DNA of 63,334 nt, filler included, from Candidatus Lindowbacteria bacterium RIFCSPLOWO2_12_FULL_62_27 (GTDB lineage Bacteria > Lindowbacteria > 2-12-FULL-62-27): assembly GCA_001784175.1 (NCBI GenBank). It is 4 parts of 4 records of this genome, joined end to end, with 100 filler letters (N's around TTAATTAATTAA, not from the genome) between each part and the next. Parts side by side here need not be neighbours in the genome. Positions count along the whole stretch, not along the records: positions 1 to 8,714 come from MFPR01000007.1; 3 more parts are not named here. The stretch is one strand, 5' to 3'. The number at the start of each line of letters is the position of its first letter. The first letter of the stretch is position 1. The notes under the pieces were generated by a model. It saw nothing but the letters and a program-made list of their open reading frames with translations. It did no database searches and was not told where the DNA came from. Made by a program: the position numbers and the translations under genes. Shown here piece after piece: positions 1-8,217 of this stretch.

Positions 1-461
1 ACCCCCGCGAACGGCGTGGCCGCCTTCGTGTCCCACGTTCCACTTGATATGGAATACGTGAACATGCGGTTCGTCGCATTGTTGATCATGACGTAGAGCG
101 TGTCGCCCGATCCGGTATACACCATCGCGCCGCCCTCGTCGACGGCGTACGGGGTGCTCGCCATCGCCGTCCATGAGTTGCCGCTCATGGAATAGGCGTA
201 GAACCAGGGGCTGGAATTGCCGGCAACCGCATAGATGGTGTCGCCCGATCCCGGATACGCGAGCGATCCGCCGTTGGCCACGGTGACGGGAAGGCCGGCC
301 CGAGTCGTCCACGTATCTGTCGCGGCCCAGGCCGGAGCCGGGAAAGTGAGAACGCAGTAATGCAACAATGCGGCAATACCGGCCAATCGCAACATCCTGT
401 TGCGACCGGGACGGAAACCCCCACCCGAACAAAGATTCAGGATCCTGTTGACCATCGACAT
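1..461 (-). CDS. Secreted kelch-repeat (beta-propeller) protein, 3' truncated by the window edge
   Basis: Manual translation, not in the ORF track: ...MLRLAGIAALLHYCVLTFPAPAWAATDTWTTRAGLP..GGSLAYPGSGDTIYAVAG...SGNSWTAMASTP..GGAMVYTGSGDTLYV...SGTWDTKA. Shows a signal peptide and kelch GG/Y/W spacing. Start is 461 (GGAGG upstream) or 395. Confidence 0.75.
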   Translation of the reverse strand, partial: MSMVNRILNLCSGGGFRPGRNRMLRLAGIAALLHYCVLTFPAPAWAATDTWTTRAGLPVTVANGGSLAYPGSGDTIYAVAGNSSPWFYAYSMSGNSWTAMASTPYAVDEGGAMVYTGSGDTLYVMINNATNRMFTYSISSGTWDTKAATPFAG

Positions 462-517
462 CTTTGAATTCCCTCCACCAACCCTGCCGCCCCCGGGGAC
501 CCTCCCCGCACAGGCCA

Positions 518-621
518 ATTGTCGCCCGCGGCCGGAGAAAATCAATCCAAGAAAAATACGTATTTTCGGAGTTAAACTCGCCTTTTAAGGCGAGTTTGGG
601 GGTCTTCATCGGAATCCATCG
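518..621 (-). promoter_or_regulatory. Duplicated promoter/operator block, copy 1 (upstream of the kelch gene)
   Basis: Minus-strand TTGATT-N16-GACAAT; palindromes AAAATACGTATTTT and AAACTCGCCTT-TT-AAGGCGAGTTT (574-597); similar to 5342-5443. Confidence 0.6.
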
Positions 622-625
622 GTCG

Positions 626-689
626 GCCTCGGTGTCAGGTTGACACATTTACACATTCGTCCCGGATTTGGCCGGTCGAAACAGCGCCG
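626..689 (+). repeat. Single arm of the GGTGTCAGGTTGACACATTTACACATT palindromic element, copy 1
   Basis: Near-identical to 1797-1861; the reverse complement of its first ~34 bp occurs at ~39809-39842. Confidence 0.9.
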
Positions 690-719
690 GCCCCGTCGTC
701 CCGATGCCGACGTTGCCGG
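684..719 (-). repeat. GNVGIGT-coding stub 1 (GNVGIGTTGPA)
   Basis: Identical to 1910-1945; begins ~14 bp after the aspartyl protease stop codon. Confidence 0.85.
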
Positions 720-732
720 ATTTGGATGTCGA

Positions 733-1095
733 CTATACGGCGGGTAGACTGGGGAGTGCAACTAACTTTCGGTTTACAGGATCGACCATCAGCCCGAAAG
801 CTTCCAGGGCATGAGCGCCGAGAAGAACCGGGGAATCCTCGTCACCGAAAACGGCGATGCAGTGCCGATATTCACCGTTAATGTGAATCAGGACGTCGCA
901 ACAATCGCGTTCGATCACCTCGCCCGTCGCAATCTTGAAGGGACGGTGAAATTCCGCTTTGACGCCCTCGGCCTTCAAGAGCGAGGCGGGAATCCAGGAA
1001 TAAAACGCGCCCGTATCCACGAGCGCGTCGAGCCGCCGTTTCTTGGCCGGCGTTTGAGGATTGGCAAACCAGATTTCAGATGTGAATGCTCCCAT
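733..1095 (-). CDS. Clan AA (retropepsin-like) aspartyl protease
   Basis: ALVDTGA catalytic motif and LLGAHALE..GLMVDP C-terminal motif; 120 aa. Confidence 0.85.
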   Translation of the reverse strand: MGAFTSEIWFANPQTPAKKRRLDALVDTGAFYSWIPASLLKAEGVKAEFHRPFKIATGEVIERDCCDVLIHINGEYRHCIAVFGDEDSPVLLGAHALEAFGLMVDPVNRKLVALPSLPAV

Positions 1096-1209
1096 GCCGA
1101 CATTCTATCGAAGGTTGTCTCCTTGGTCAACGGTTGCGCCATGCCCGGTCGGCGGCGGAGTCCCATTTGAAAATGCACGCATCTCAGGATACACTCTGGA
1201 ATATAGATC

Positions 1210-1464
1210 ATGCCTACAGTCTTGTTTGTTCATGGGTGGAGATTTTACTTTTACGCAAATGAGAGAAACGAGCCGATCCATGTCCATTGCCGGAAGGGGG
1301 ACAAAGAGTGCAAATACTGGCTGTTGACGGATGTGTTCGGTATTGCGGAGGCGTATTCGTACAATTTGTCACCGGCCGACAAACGTCAGGTGAGAAAAAT
1401 CATCTTCGCGCATTTTGAATACATTGAAAGCGAATGGAATAATTTTAAAGGAGGCAGGCGATGA
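1210..1464 (+). CDS. DUF4160 family protein (TA pair component)
   Basis: MPTVL..GWRFYFYANE..EPIHVH signature; ATGA overlap with the next gene. Confidence 0.85.
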   Translation: MPTVLFVHGWRFYFYANERNEPIHVHCRKGDKECKYWLLTDVFGIAEAYSYNLSPADKRQVRKIIFAHFEYIESEWNNFKGGRR

Positions 1465-1712
1465 CAAAATACCATGACGTGGAAGCGGTTCGATTCAAAG
1501 GTGACACGATGCTCTTGAGGGTCGACGGCAAAAACTACAAAATAGATTTAAGGAAACATTCCGCGCGTCTGACAGGCGCGGACCCGCGCGTCAAAAAAAA
1601 TTATGCCGTTTCTCCGTCCGGTTATGGCATTCATTGGCCCGACGTTGATGAAGATCTTTCGATCGACGCCTTGATTGGTATAAACCATAAAATCCCTCAA
1701 TCCACTTTCTAA
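1461..1712 (+). CDS. DUF2442 family protein (TA pair component)
   Basis: GYGIHWPDVDEDLSIDAL signature; usual partner of DUF4160. Confidence 0.85.
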   Translation: MTKYHDVEAVRFKGDTMLLRVDGKNYKIDLRKHSARLTGADPRVKKNYAVSPSGYGIHWPDVDEDLSIDALIGINHKIPQSTF

Positions 1713-1724
1713 TTTCCGCCGCGC

Positions 1725-1785
1725 TCCTCCGCGGTGAAATGATCCGCTGACCCGCCGCCGACTTTGGACGCGCCGCCGTTGACCG
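1725..1785 (-). pseudogene. Collapsed remnant of an S74 cassette (VNGGASKVGGGS plus a 3' flank motif)
   Basis: 1752-1785 matches 7426-7459 at 33/34 bp; 1725-1739 is identical to 7027-7041; same order, with the interior missing. Confidence 0.7.
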
Positions 1786-1796
1786 AGGGCCTCGGT

Positions 1797-1861
1797 GGCC
1801 TCGGTGTCAGGTTGACACATTTACACATTCGTCCCGGATTTGGCCGGTCGAAACGGCGCCG
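1797..1861 (+). repeat. Single arm of the GGTGTCAGGTTG palindromic element, copy 2
   Basis: Near-identical to 626-689. Confidence 0.9.
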
Positions 1862-1887
1862 TACATACGGAGGCGCGGTAGACCGTT

Positions 1888-1945
1888 CAACCATTTACAT
1901 CCAACCTCCGCGCCGGCCCCGTCGTCCCGATGCCGACGTTGCCGG
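1888..1945 (-). repeat. GNVGIGT-coding stub 2 (GNVGIGTTGPARRLDVNG*)
   Basis: Minus-strand translation; 1910-1945 is identical to 684-719. Confidence 0.85.
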
Positions 1946-1968
1946 TCGGCCGTAACGACTTGTTATGT
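1944..1968 (-). other. Putative left half of an integron attC site
   Basis: Minus strand ACATAAC-AAGTCGTTACGGCCGACC overlaps the toxin TAA and resembles attC R''/L''; no right half found. Confidence 0.45.
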
Positions 1969-2221
1969 GCGCTTCTTCCAATGTGTAGGGGATCTACTGC
2001 CATGCTGAGTCACAACCTGCGTCGAATGTCGGCCACAGCGGATGCGGCCGGCCGGCCGGGAGTCTTGTCAATCTCGTAGGCATCCAGCCGCCGGTCTATC
2101 TCCGCCTTCTGCTCGTCTGTCATGGGTAACGCGCGCGCTGATCGGCCGCGATGCTGTCCCACAGATCCTCAACGAGATGAACCCGCTCGTCAATCGGAAG
2201 CTCTTTAAGTTTGGAATTCAT
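1963..2221 (-). pseudogene. Decayed addiction module: frameshifted TIGR02574-like antitoxin (2010-2221) and internally deleted ParE/RelE-like toxin (1963-2013)
   Basis: MNSKLKELPIDERVHLVEDLWDSIAADQ, then a +2 shift in a (CG)n run (~2131-2138), then LPMTDEQKAEIDRRLDAY...IRRRL*. Overlapping GTG ORF VTQHGSRSPTHWKKRT*. Promoter TTGCTC-N17-TAGAAT upstream. Confidence 0.75.
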
Positions 2222-2360
2222 GGCGCCACCTCCCACAGATGTGAGCATATTCTATCACGATGGGAGCGGCCGAGCAAGGCGAACCGTTCCTCGTACGTGA
2301 ATAATCGACACATTCGCCTTATATGACGAGTTTTCGGGCCTTCGATTGAATCTTCCGTAT

Positions 2361-2981
2361 CTACGACGCGACCGGCACGCATATCTCCGTCTTCAGATTC
2401 TCGGGCTTCGTGCGTTTCGGATTGTTCAAGTAGATTTCGTAGCCTGGCACGTCCCGAAGTTTGGCGCCGCTTGAAGGCAGCCACTGCGAGAAAATGGCGT
2501 TGTAGGTTTCGCCCAGCTTCTCGTAGGGTCCAGCATGCAGAAAGACGGCGTACTTGCCGCCCGCGATGGCCTGCACGCCGGCGTCGCCTTTGGGCTTGAC
2601 GGCCTTGTGCAGATCAACGCAGGCGTCGTAGCGGAGATTCTCCTCGGGCGTGACGTTCGGGTTGTCGTGCGGGATGCCGATGCATTCGACGCGGCGATTG
2701 AACAGAAACTTCGACCACACCGCCTTCATGAGCGCCTCCCACGCGGCCCCAGCCGCTTTGGAATACTCTCCGGTCTTTCTTACATACAACACCTGTCGTT
2801 CGGGCATGTCTCGAAATTCAGGGTTCATCGGAATGACCTCCTTGAGGATTGCAGCGAGCACCAGCCGCTGCGGCCGCGGCGCGTTCCAGACGGGCGCGCC
2901 GGACATGTTGTTGGCCTCGATGTAAGCCAGCACTCGGTTCAATCGTTCCACATGGTCCTTGACGGTAACTTCCCGCGACAT
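2361..2981 (-). CDS. GyrI-like effector-binding domain protein, apparently an AraC/GyrI regulator lacking its HTH
   Basis: GIPHDNPNVTPEENLRYDAC, GGKYAVFLHAGPYE and YEIYLNNP motifs; AraC-type N-terminal helix ERLNRVLAYIEAN with no HTH following. Confidence 0.8.
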   Translation of the reverse strand: MSREVTVKDHVERLNRVLAYIEANNMSGAPVWNAPRPQRLVLAAILKEVIPMNPEFRDMPERQVLYVRKTGEYSKAAGAAWEALMKAVWSKFLFNRRVECIGIPHDNPNVTPEENLRYDACVDLHKAVKPKGDAGVQAIAGGKYAVFLHAGPYEKLGETYNAIFSQWLPSSGAKLRDVPGYEIYLNNPKRTKPENLKTEICVPVAS

Positions 2982-3117
2982 GCCGAATGTTTATCTCCCT
3001 CCCATCGGCCCCGCTATTCCGATCTTGCTATCTTTTTTACGATCGTGTGGTCTTCCCCGAATTTGCACATGGCGTCGCAATCCCGTCTTGACGCTGTCCA
3101 CCGCGTCCCGTGATTCA

Positions 3118-4431
3118 TCATGCCCGGGGCCGGCCCATGGGCCGGACGATATACGTCGTAATGCCCTCCGCCACTCCCTTCACCTTCAGGCCCTCGCGCC
3201 GCTCGACGCTTGCGGGATCCGGCGGCGGATTCACGCGGCGAAACGACTCCTGCCCGAGCTGGATCGCATCCACGGGGCAGGTCGATTCGAGCCGCTGGGC
3301 CACGTTGACGGCCGAACCGACGCAGGTGAAGTCGCGCCGGGAGGACATGGCCCCGATGTCGCCCTGAATCACGGGGCCGGTGTTGATCCCGATGCGGATG
3401 TGAAACGCATCGGGATCGTTCTCGCGCAAGGCCGTCAACCGCGCCTGCATCCCGCATGCGGCCGCGAAGGCGGCGGTCGCGCCACAATCCTCTTCCCCTT
3501 CGAAAACGGTCATGATCGCGTCCCCGATGAACTTGTCAATCATGCCGCCGTTGCGGGTCACGATCGGCGCCATCTCCTCCAGATACCGGTTGAGCCGCCG
3601 GACGATCTCGGCCGCGGGCGTCGTCTCGGTGAGCGGCGTGAATCCGGCCACGTCCGAGAAGAGGATCGTCATCTCCCGGCTTCGGGCGGCGCCCTCGTCG
3701 CTCCCGGTCGCCCGCCGATGCGCCGCCTCCCAGGCCGACTTCGGGACGTAGTGAAGGAGTTCGCGCTTCGCCCGCATGCCTTCGACGAGACGATTGAAGA
3801 TGGCGGCGAGATCGCCGACCTCGTCCTTTGTTCGAAGTTCGACCCGCACGTCGAGATCGTCGGACTCGAGACGTTTCATGCCGAACGCGAGCGTCGCGAG
3901 CGGCACGGTGATGCCCCGCGCGACGAGAATCGAGAAGAAGACGGCGACCAGAATCGCGACCGCCCCGAGCGTGACCGCGCGGCCGATGAGACTGCGGCGC
4001 GCGGCGTGCAGGCGCGTGGCGTCGAAGGCGACCTCGATCCGGCCGATCTCGCGGGGAGTCTCCCCGGGGGACGAAACCGTGATGGGGCGGACGACGCGGT
4101 GGGCGTCGGGCGGAACGGTCCCCCACTCGCTTCCCAGATCGAGCGTTTGCCCGTCGTCGCCCAGGACCGAAATCGATCGAAGGTCCCCGTACACCCGGCC
4201 GATCTCGCGCAGGACTTCGCGCGTGTTGTCCGGATCGATCACCTCGTTGGCGAGGAGCGTCTCGAGGAGCACGGGAGAGAGCGTGGTCGCGAGCGCCTCC
4301 GCGGATTCCCGGTACCGCGTCTCGATCGCGGCGCGTTCTCTTTGATAGTTCACGAAAAGCGTGAGCGCAGTCCCCTCAAGAATTCCGACCACGAGGATGG
4401 CCGCGATCTTGTGCCAGAGCCTGATTCTCAT
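3118..4431 (-). CDS. Membrane class III adenylate cyclase (2 TM, HAMP, cyclase domain)
   Basis: FSDVAGFT, IDKFIGD, GINTGPVIQGDIG..DFTCVGSAVNVAQRLE; HAMP DEVGDLA..FNRL; start at 4431 overlaps the upstream stop. Confidence 0.9.
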   Translation of the reverse strand: MRIRLWHKIAAILVVGILEGTALTLFVNYQRERAAIETRYRESAEALATTLSPVLLETLLANEVIDPDNTREVLREIGRVYGDLRSISVLGDDGQTLDLGSEWGTVPPDAHRVVRPITVSSPGETPREIGRIEVAFDATRLHAARRSLIGRAVTLGAVAILVAVFFSILVARGITVPLATLAFGMKRLESDDLDVRVELRTKDEVGDLAAIFNRLVEGMRAKRELLHYVPKSAWEAAHRRATGSDEGAARSREMTILFSDVAGFTPLTETTPAAEIVRRLNRYLEEMAPIVTRNGGMIDKFIGDAIMTVFEGEEDCGATAAFAAACGMQARLTALRENDPDAFHIRIGINTGPVIQGDIGAMSSRRDFTCVGSAVNVAQRLESTCPVDAIQLGQESFRRVNPPPDPASVERREGLKVKGVAEGITTYIVRPMGRPRA

Positions 4432-5315
4432 TCCGGAAGCCGCCCGTGTCCCGAGAGCGTGGCCGCGACCCGGCGTACCGTTACGAACTGCGTGTCCGAG
4501 ACCGCGCCGAAAGGATGCGGCGACCCGGTGCGCGCGTCCGGGGCGAGGAGCGCGGCGCGGATGCGCTCCGCGAGGGCGGGATCGCGCGCGAGGAAGGAGC
4601 GGGAGAAGGCGACGCACCAGTTCGGAAGGAGGGGCGTTTCGGCGATGATGCGCACGCGCGCGCGTTCCGCCTCCGGGACGTGGCCGGCATACGCATGCGG
4701 GTAGGTGAACCCGGCGTCGTACCGCCCCTCCTTCAGGTGGATCAGGACGTTGGCGTGCGACCCGACGCCCGTGAATGAGGCGAAGTCATGGAACGGATCG
4801 ATGCCGGCATCGAGGCACATCGCAAGCGGATAGAGGTATCCGGAGGCGGAGTGGAGGTCCACATACGCCACACGCCGCCCGCGAAGGTCCGCAAGCGTTC
4901 GGATATCGGGAGCGGCGGCGACGACGAGACCGCAGTACGACGTCGAATCATCCTGAATCGGCCCCGCGACCGGCTCGACCCCGGCCTCCTGCCGCGCGCG
5001 GACGTAGTCGAAGGGCGCGAGGTCGACGATGTCGTACGCATTCTCGCGCACACGCGCATGGAAAACCTGAGGATCCCCCAGAACCCGGATTCGGACGCGG
5101 ACCCCGATCCGCTCTTCGAGATAGTCGGCCCGCACCGCGAGGCTTCGCGCCATGCCGCGCAGGTCGAGACTGCTCGAGGCCATGACCACCACGGGAGCGG
5201 TTTCGGCGGTGTCGCGCGATGCGCCCCCGGTCGGATTCGGCGCGATCGGGCCGGGCGACGGCCCACAGCCGATGCAGGCGGCGGCGAGGACGCAGAGGAA
5301 GAATGTTTTAGTCAT
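4428..5315 (-). CDS. Phosphate/phosphonate (PhnD-like) substrate-binding lipoprotein
   Basis: Lipoprotein-like signal; IRTLADLRGRRVAYVDLHSASGYLYP; GSHANV. Confidence 0.8.
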   Translation of the reverse strand: MTKTFFLCVLAAACIGCGPSPGPIAPNPTGGASRDTAETAPVVVMASSSLDLRGMARSLAVRADYLEERIGVRVRIRVLGDPQVFHARVRENAYDIVDLAPFDYVRARQEAGVEPVAGPIQDDSTSYCGLVVAAAPDIRTLADLRGRRVAYVDLHSASGYLYPLAMCLDAGIDPFHDFASFTGVGSHANVLIHLKEGRYDAGFTYPHAYAGHVPEAERARVRIIAETPLLPNWCVAFSRSFLARDPALAERIRAALLAPDARTGSPHPFGAVSDTQFVTVRRVAATLSGHGRLPE

Positions 5316-5341
5316 GGCACGTCACCCAACAACACCGGGCG

Positions 5342-5443
5342 ATTGTCCCCCGTGGCCGGCTGAAATCAATCCCGGAAAAAGACGTATTTTCAGAGATAAA
5401 TTCGTCTTACATGGCGAGTTTGGGGCCTTCGCCGGGACTATCG
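5342..5443 (-). promoter_or_regulatory. Duplicated promoter/operator block, copy 2 (between the binding protein and the divergent XRE gene)
   Basis: Similar to 518-621, including TTGATT-N16-GACAAT. Confidence 0.6.
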
Positions 5444-5477
5444 AAACCGTTCGAAAAGAGATAGGGTGGAACCTGCC

Positions 5478-5864
5478 ATGAAAGGCGACGGCGGTTCGGT
5501 TACGGCACGGGAGTTGAAACATCTCGGCGGGCGGCTTCGCGGCCTGCGCAAAGACATGGGCGTGACCCAGGCGGACCTCGCGCGGCGGGCCGGGATCGAT
5601 CCGCGGTACTACTCCCGCATCGAGCGGGGGCAGGTGAACGCGACGTTTCAGACGCTGATGAGGCTCACGCGGACCCTGCGCGTCTGCCCCGGTATTCTAT
5701 TTTTTCCGGCGTCGCGCATGGACGGGTCGATGGCCGCCGCCTGCGCGTGCCTCTCGCAGATGAAATCGGCCGGCCGCCGCCGGCAACTGGATCAAGTCGT
5801 CTCCTTCGCCCGGCATGTCCTGGGCGTGAGGCCCCGATTGAGAGGCGCCCGGCGTATTCCATAA
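5478..5864 (+). CDS. XRE-family HTH transcriptional regulator
   Basis: LRGLRKDMGVTQADLARRAGIDPRYYSRIERG. Confidence 0.85.
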   Translation: MKGDGGSVTARELKHLGGRLRGLRKDMGVTQADLARRAGIDPRYYSRIERGQVNATFQTLMRLTRTLRVCPGILFFPASRMDGSMAAACACLSQMKSAGRRRQLDQVVSFARHVLGVRPRLRGARRIP

Positions 5865-6058
5865 AGAAGCTCGCGGGAGATCTCTTCCATCTCGACCCTG
5901 CGGGTCACGATCGGCTCCATCTCCTCCAGATACTAATCAGTTCATCTTCGCTGCATATTTTTTATTCAACAATTCAACGCCTGGCGCCATGACCCATGAA
6001 GACCTGAATCAAAACTGGACTTTGTATCGAGAGCGTTTTTTAATGGAGGTGGCAAGGC

Positions 6059-6367
6059 ATGCCGAATAAAACGAAGACGGCATCGGGCGGCAAGGAGGGA
6101 GCGTTGTGGGAATTGCAGCGCGTCCTTTCCACGGAATTCAGCAAATATGTTCTGGCTCATCCGGAATTGGATGTACAAATACCGGACGGCGCGCAAATCG
6201 TATTTCATATGGAAGATAATCCGGAATTCAACAGGTGGGCCCGGAAAGTTGCCCATTCACAGATGGCGAAAAATCAGCCCATGATCGTGATAAAAGTAGC
6301 CGGGCTTTCTCCCGTACCTCCCTCGCGGTTGATCAACCCGCAGGTTGACTTAAGTCCCGCGACTTGA
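6059..6367 (+). CDS. DUF5647-like small protein
   Basis: LSTEFSKYVLAHPE...IPDGAQIVF..EDNPEF; GGAGG RBS. Confidence 0.65.
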   Translation: MPNKTKTASGGKEGALWELQRVLSTEFSKYVLAHPELDVQIPDGAQIVFHMEDNPEFNRWARKVAHSQMAKNQPMIVIKVAGLSPVPPSRLINPQVDLSPAT

Positions 6368-6416
6368 AAAATTATCTGTTCATGGGTGGGTCTTGAAGCC
6401 GCTCTTTCCGCGTCGA

Positions 6417-6469
6417 ATTCCCTAGAACATGTTTCTGTTGCGAAACAACTTAACAACTTACGGTCTGGC
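6417..6469 (+). repeat. 53-bp direct repeat, copy 1 (TAGAACATGTTT...AACAACTTAACAACTTACGGTCTGGC)
   Basis: 50/53 identical to 8556-8608. Confidence 0.9.
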
Positions 6470-6478
6470 CCCTGAAGC

Positions 6479-6524
6479 CCAGTTTCCCCCCCGGAGCCGT
6501 GCTCCCGATGCCGACGTTGCCGGC
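6479..6524 (-). repeat. GNVGIGT-coding stub 3 (AGNVGIGSTAPGGKL)
   Basis: Closely matches 7831-7872. Confidence 0.85.
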
Positions 6525-6581
6525 TTTCTTTAGCAGACCCGGAGGGTGGATAAGGAAGACGATCTGGAGCGTTGTTTGGGA

Positions 6582-6683
6582 TTAGTTTTTCGGCGGATCG
6601 GAAAGATACATCACAACGCCGAATAACCCAAATGCGCCGGCGCCAAGATACAGAGCCAACAGAACCACTGATGTCGCATCCAT
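6582..6683 (-). CDS. 33-aa membrane peptide
   Basis: MDATSVVLLALYLGAGAFGLFGVVMYLSDPPKN*, directly after 6686-6940. Confidence 0.45.
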   Translation of the reverse strand: MDATSVVLLALYLGAGAFGLFGVVMYLSDPPKN

Positions 6684-6685
6684 GA

Positions 6686-6940
6686 TTAAACTTTACCCCC
6701 GTTTAATTTCTTTGTCAACCAGACGGCCGCAACCATAAGCGCCAATCCAAGCGCGACACCTGCCAAGTCGAAAGATATTCTGGCTTGGTCCTTTACAAGG
6801 ATTGCATCCGCGACGCCGCCCGTCAGAGCGGCCAGTCCCAAGGTATTGATGTTTTCAATGGTACGCTCCCATTGTCTCGTCGTCAGTCTCATCGCCTCTA
6901 TATATTTCGGCAGGTCGTCGATTTGGCGTGAATCCTCCAA
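6686..6940 (-). CDS. Small hypothetical membrane protein
   Basis: 84 aa with two hydrophobic segments; start uncertain. Confidence 0.55.
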   Translation of the reverse strand: MEDSRQIDDLPKYIEAMRLTTRQWERTIENINTLGLAALTGGVADAILVKDQARISFDLAGVALGLALMVAAVWLTKKLNGGKV

Positions 6941-7055
6941 CGCCGCAGGCCGCCACTCAGTTGCGCCGTGACCTCCGCAAGTTCCGACGAGAGGGGACGT
7001 ATCGATGAATCACTCTTTCCTCTGCGTCCTCCGCGGTGAAAAATGTTTGTCTCGA

Positions 7056-7876
7056 TTATCTCGCGCCTTCTATCGCCCCCACTTTCTTCGTGAGTGCGTC
7101 GATCTGCGCCTGTTGTTCCTGAACCACCGTTTGCAATTTGTCGTTTGCCGCCTTCTGCTCCTTGACGGCGTTCAGCATAGCCCAGATGATGGGATCGTTG
7201 TCGAGCATCAGGTAGCCCTTGTTGCTGGACGAGATCGCGGCGGGAATCGCCTCCTGGACCTCCTGGGCCACAAGGCCGATATGTTCGGCGCGGTCGCGGA
7301 TGCCGGCGCCGTTTTCCTTTTTGTACCGGTATCGCACGGGATTCAGTTTCATGACCGCGTCCGTCCCGGGCGTATAAGCGCCTTCCACGTCCTTGAGCCG
7401 CCCGTCCGAAAACGTCGCCCACGATCCGCCGCCGACCTTGGACGCGCCGCCGTTGACCGTCAAGGTCGTATCCGGCGACACCGTGCCGATTCCGACGTTG
7501 CCGGAAGCCAAGATATTAACGCCATTATTCTCGTTGGGAACACCGGTGCCTGTCCCGACGACTAAGATAAGCCTGGTGTCGTTGAAGCGGATGTCAGCAC
7601 GGTTGGAGGCGGAGCCGAATCCGCCGCCAAAGATGAACCCGGAGTTGCCGTGGGGTTCGTAATCCGGATGTCCCCGCCCGTCCCACCGGTGGCGAAGTCG
7701 GCAGAACCGTTCACTGATAGGAGACTCGCGGGCGAGTCTGTCCCGACTCCGACCTTGCCGCTCTTTAATACAACCAATCGCGTATCTCCCACCGCAAGCG
7801 AATCCGAAACCAGGACACTGCCTACGACATCCAGTTTCCCCCCCGGCGCCGTGGTCCCGATGCCGAAGTTCCCCGA
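7056..7876 (-). pseudogene. Start-less, frameshifted fibre/adhesin C-terminal cassette with a peptidase S74 intramolecular chaperone
   Basis: GNFGIGT, GKVGVGT and GNVGIGT repeats; frameshift near 7652; WATFSDGRLKD, LNPVRYRYK, HIGLVAQEVQ, coiled-coil end; begins just after the DUF5615 stop. Confidence 0.8.
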
Positions 7877-7881
7877 GAGGG

Positions 7882-8217
7882 CTAAGGCCAATCGTCTCCG
7901 GTCTTATACCGGGAGAAATCCGAATCGATAAAAGTTTCCATGAACTTGGGTACGAAAATATCGGCCGTGTCTTGCTGGAGAGCCACGCGCAGAACCTTGA
8001 CGGCCGTGGAAGATGACAATTTCATTAGCCGCACAGAACGCGCAAAGCCGGCGTCTTTGGTGAAGAAAATATCGTAGGCGTGGGCTACTTCCCGATAGAG
8101 CGTCCCGTTTTTTGTGCCCTTTAAACGAAGCCGGTTGATGGATGTTGCCTCGTGTCCCGCCCGACGCAATTCGGGAACGAGAGACTCGGGAAGGTTTTCG
8201 TCGAGAAGAATTTTCAC
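7882..8217 (-). CDS. DUF5615 PIN-like toxin (VapC45-like)
   Basis: MKILLDENLP...AGHE...FTKDAGF. Confidence 0.85.
   Translation of the reverse strand: MKILLDENLPESLVPELRRAGHEATSINRLRLKGTKNGTLYREVAHAYDIFFTKDAGFARSVRLMKLSSSTAVKVLRVALQQDTADIFVPKFMETFIDSDFSRYKTGDDWP

Noticed and set aside
983-998. REP-like GCGGGAATCCAG inside the aspartyl protease gene
   Set aside because: Short match within normal coding sequence (SWIPAS), with no partner arm.
2959-4704. Long antisense ORFs (also 11281-12636, 40054-42510, 47701-49224 and others)
   Set aside because: Shadow frames of real high-GC genes on the opposite strand, with no motifs of their own.
7056-7876. Prophage tail gene
   Set aside because: No other phage genes are nearby, and S74/GNVGIGT proteins also occur as cellular surface fibres.
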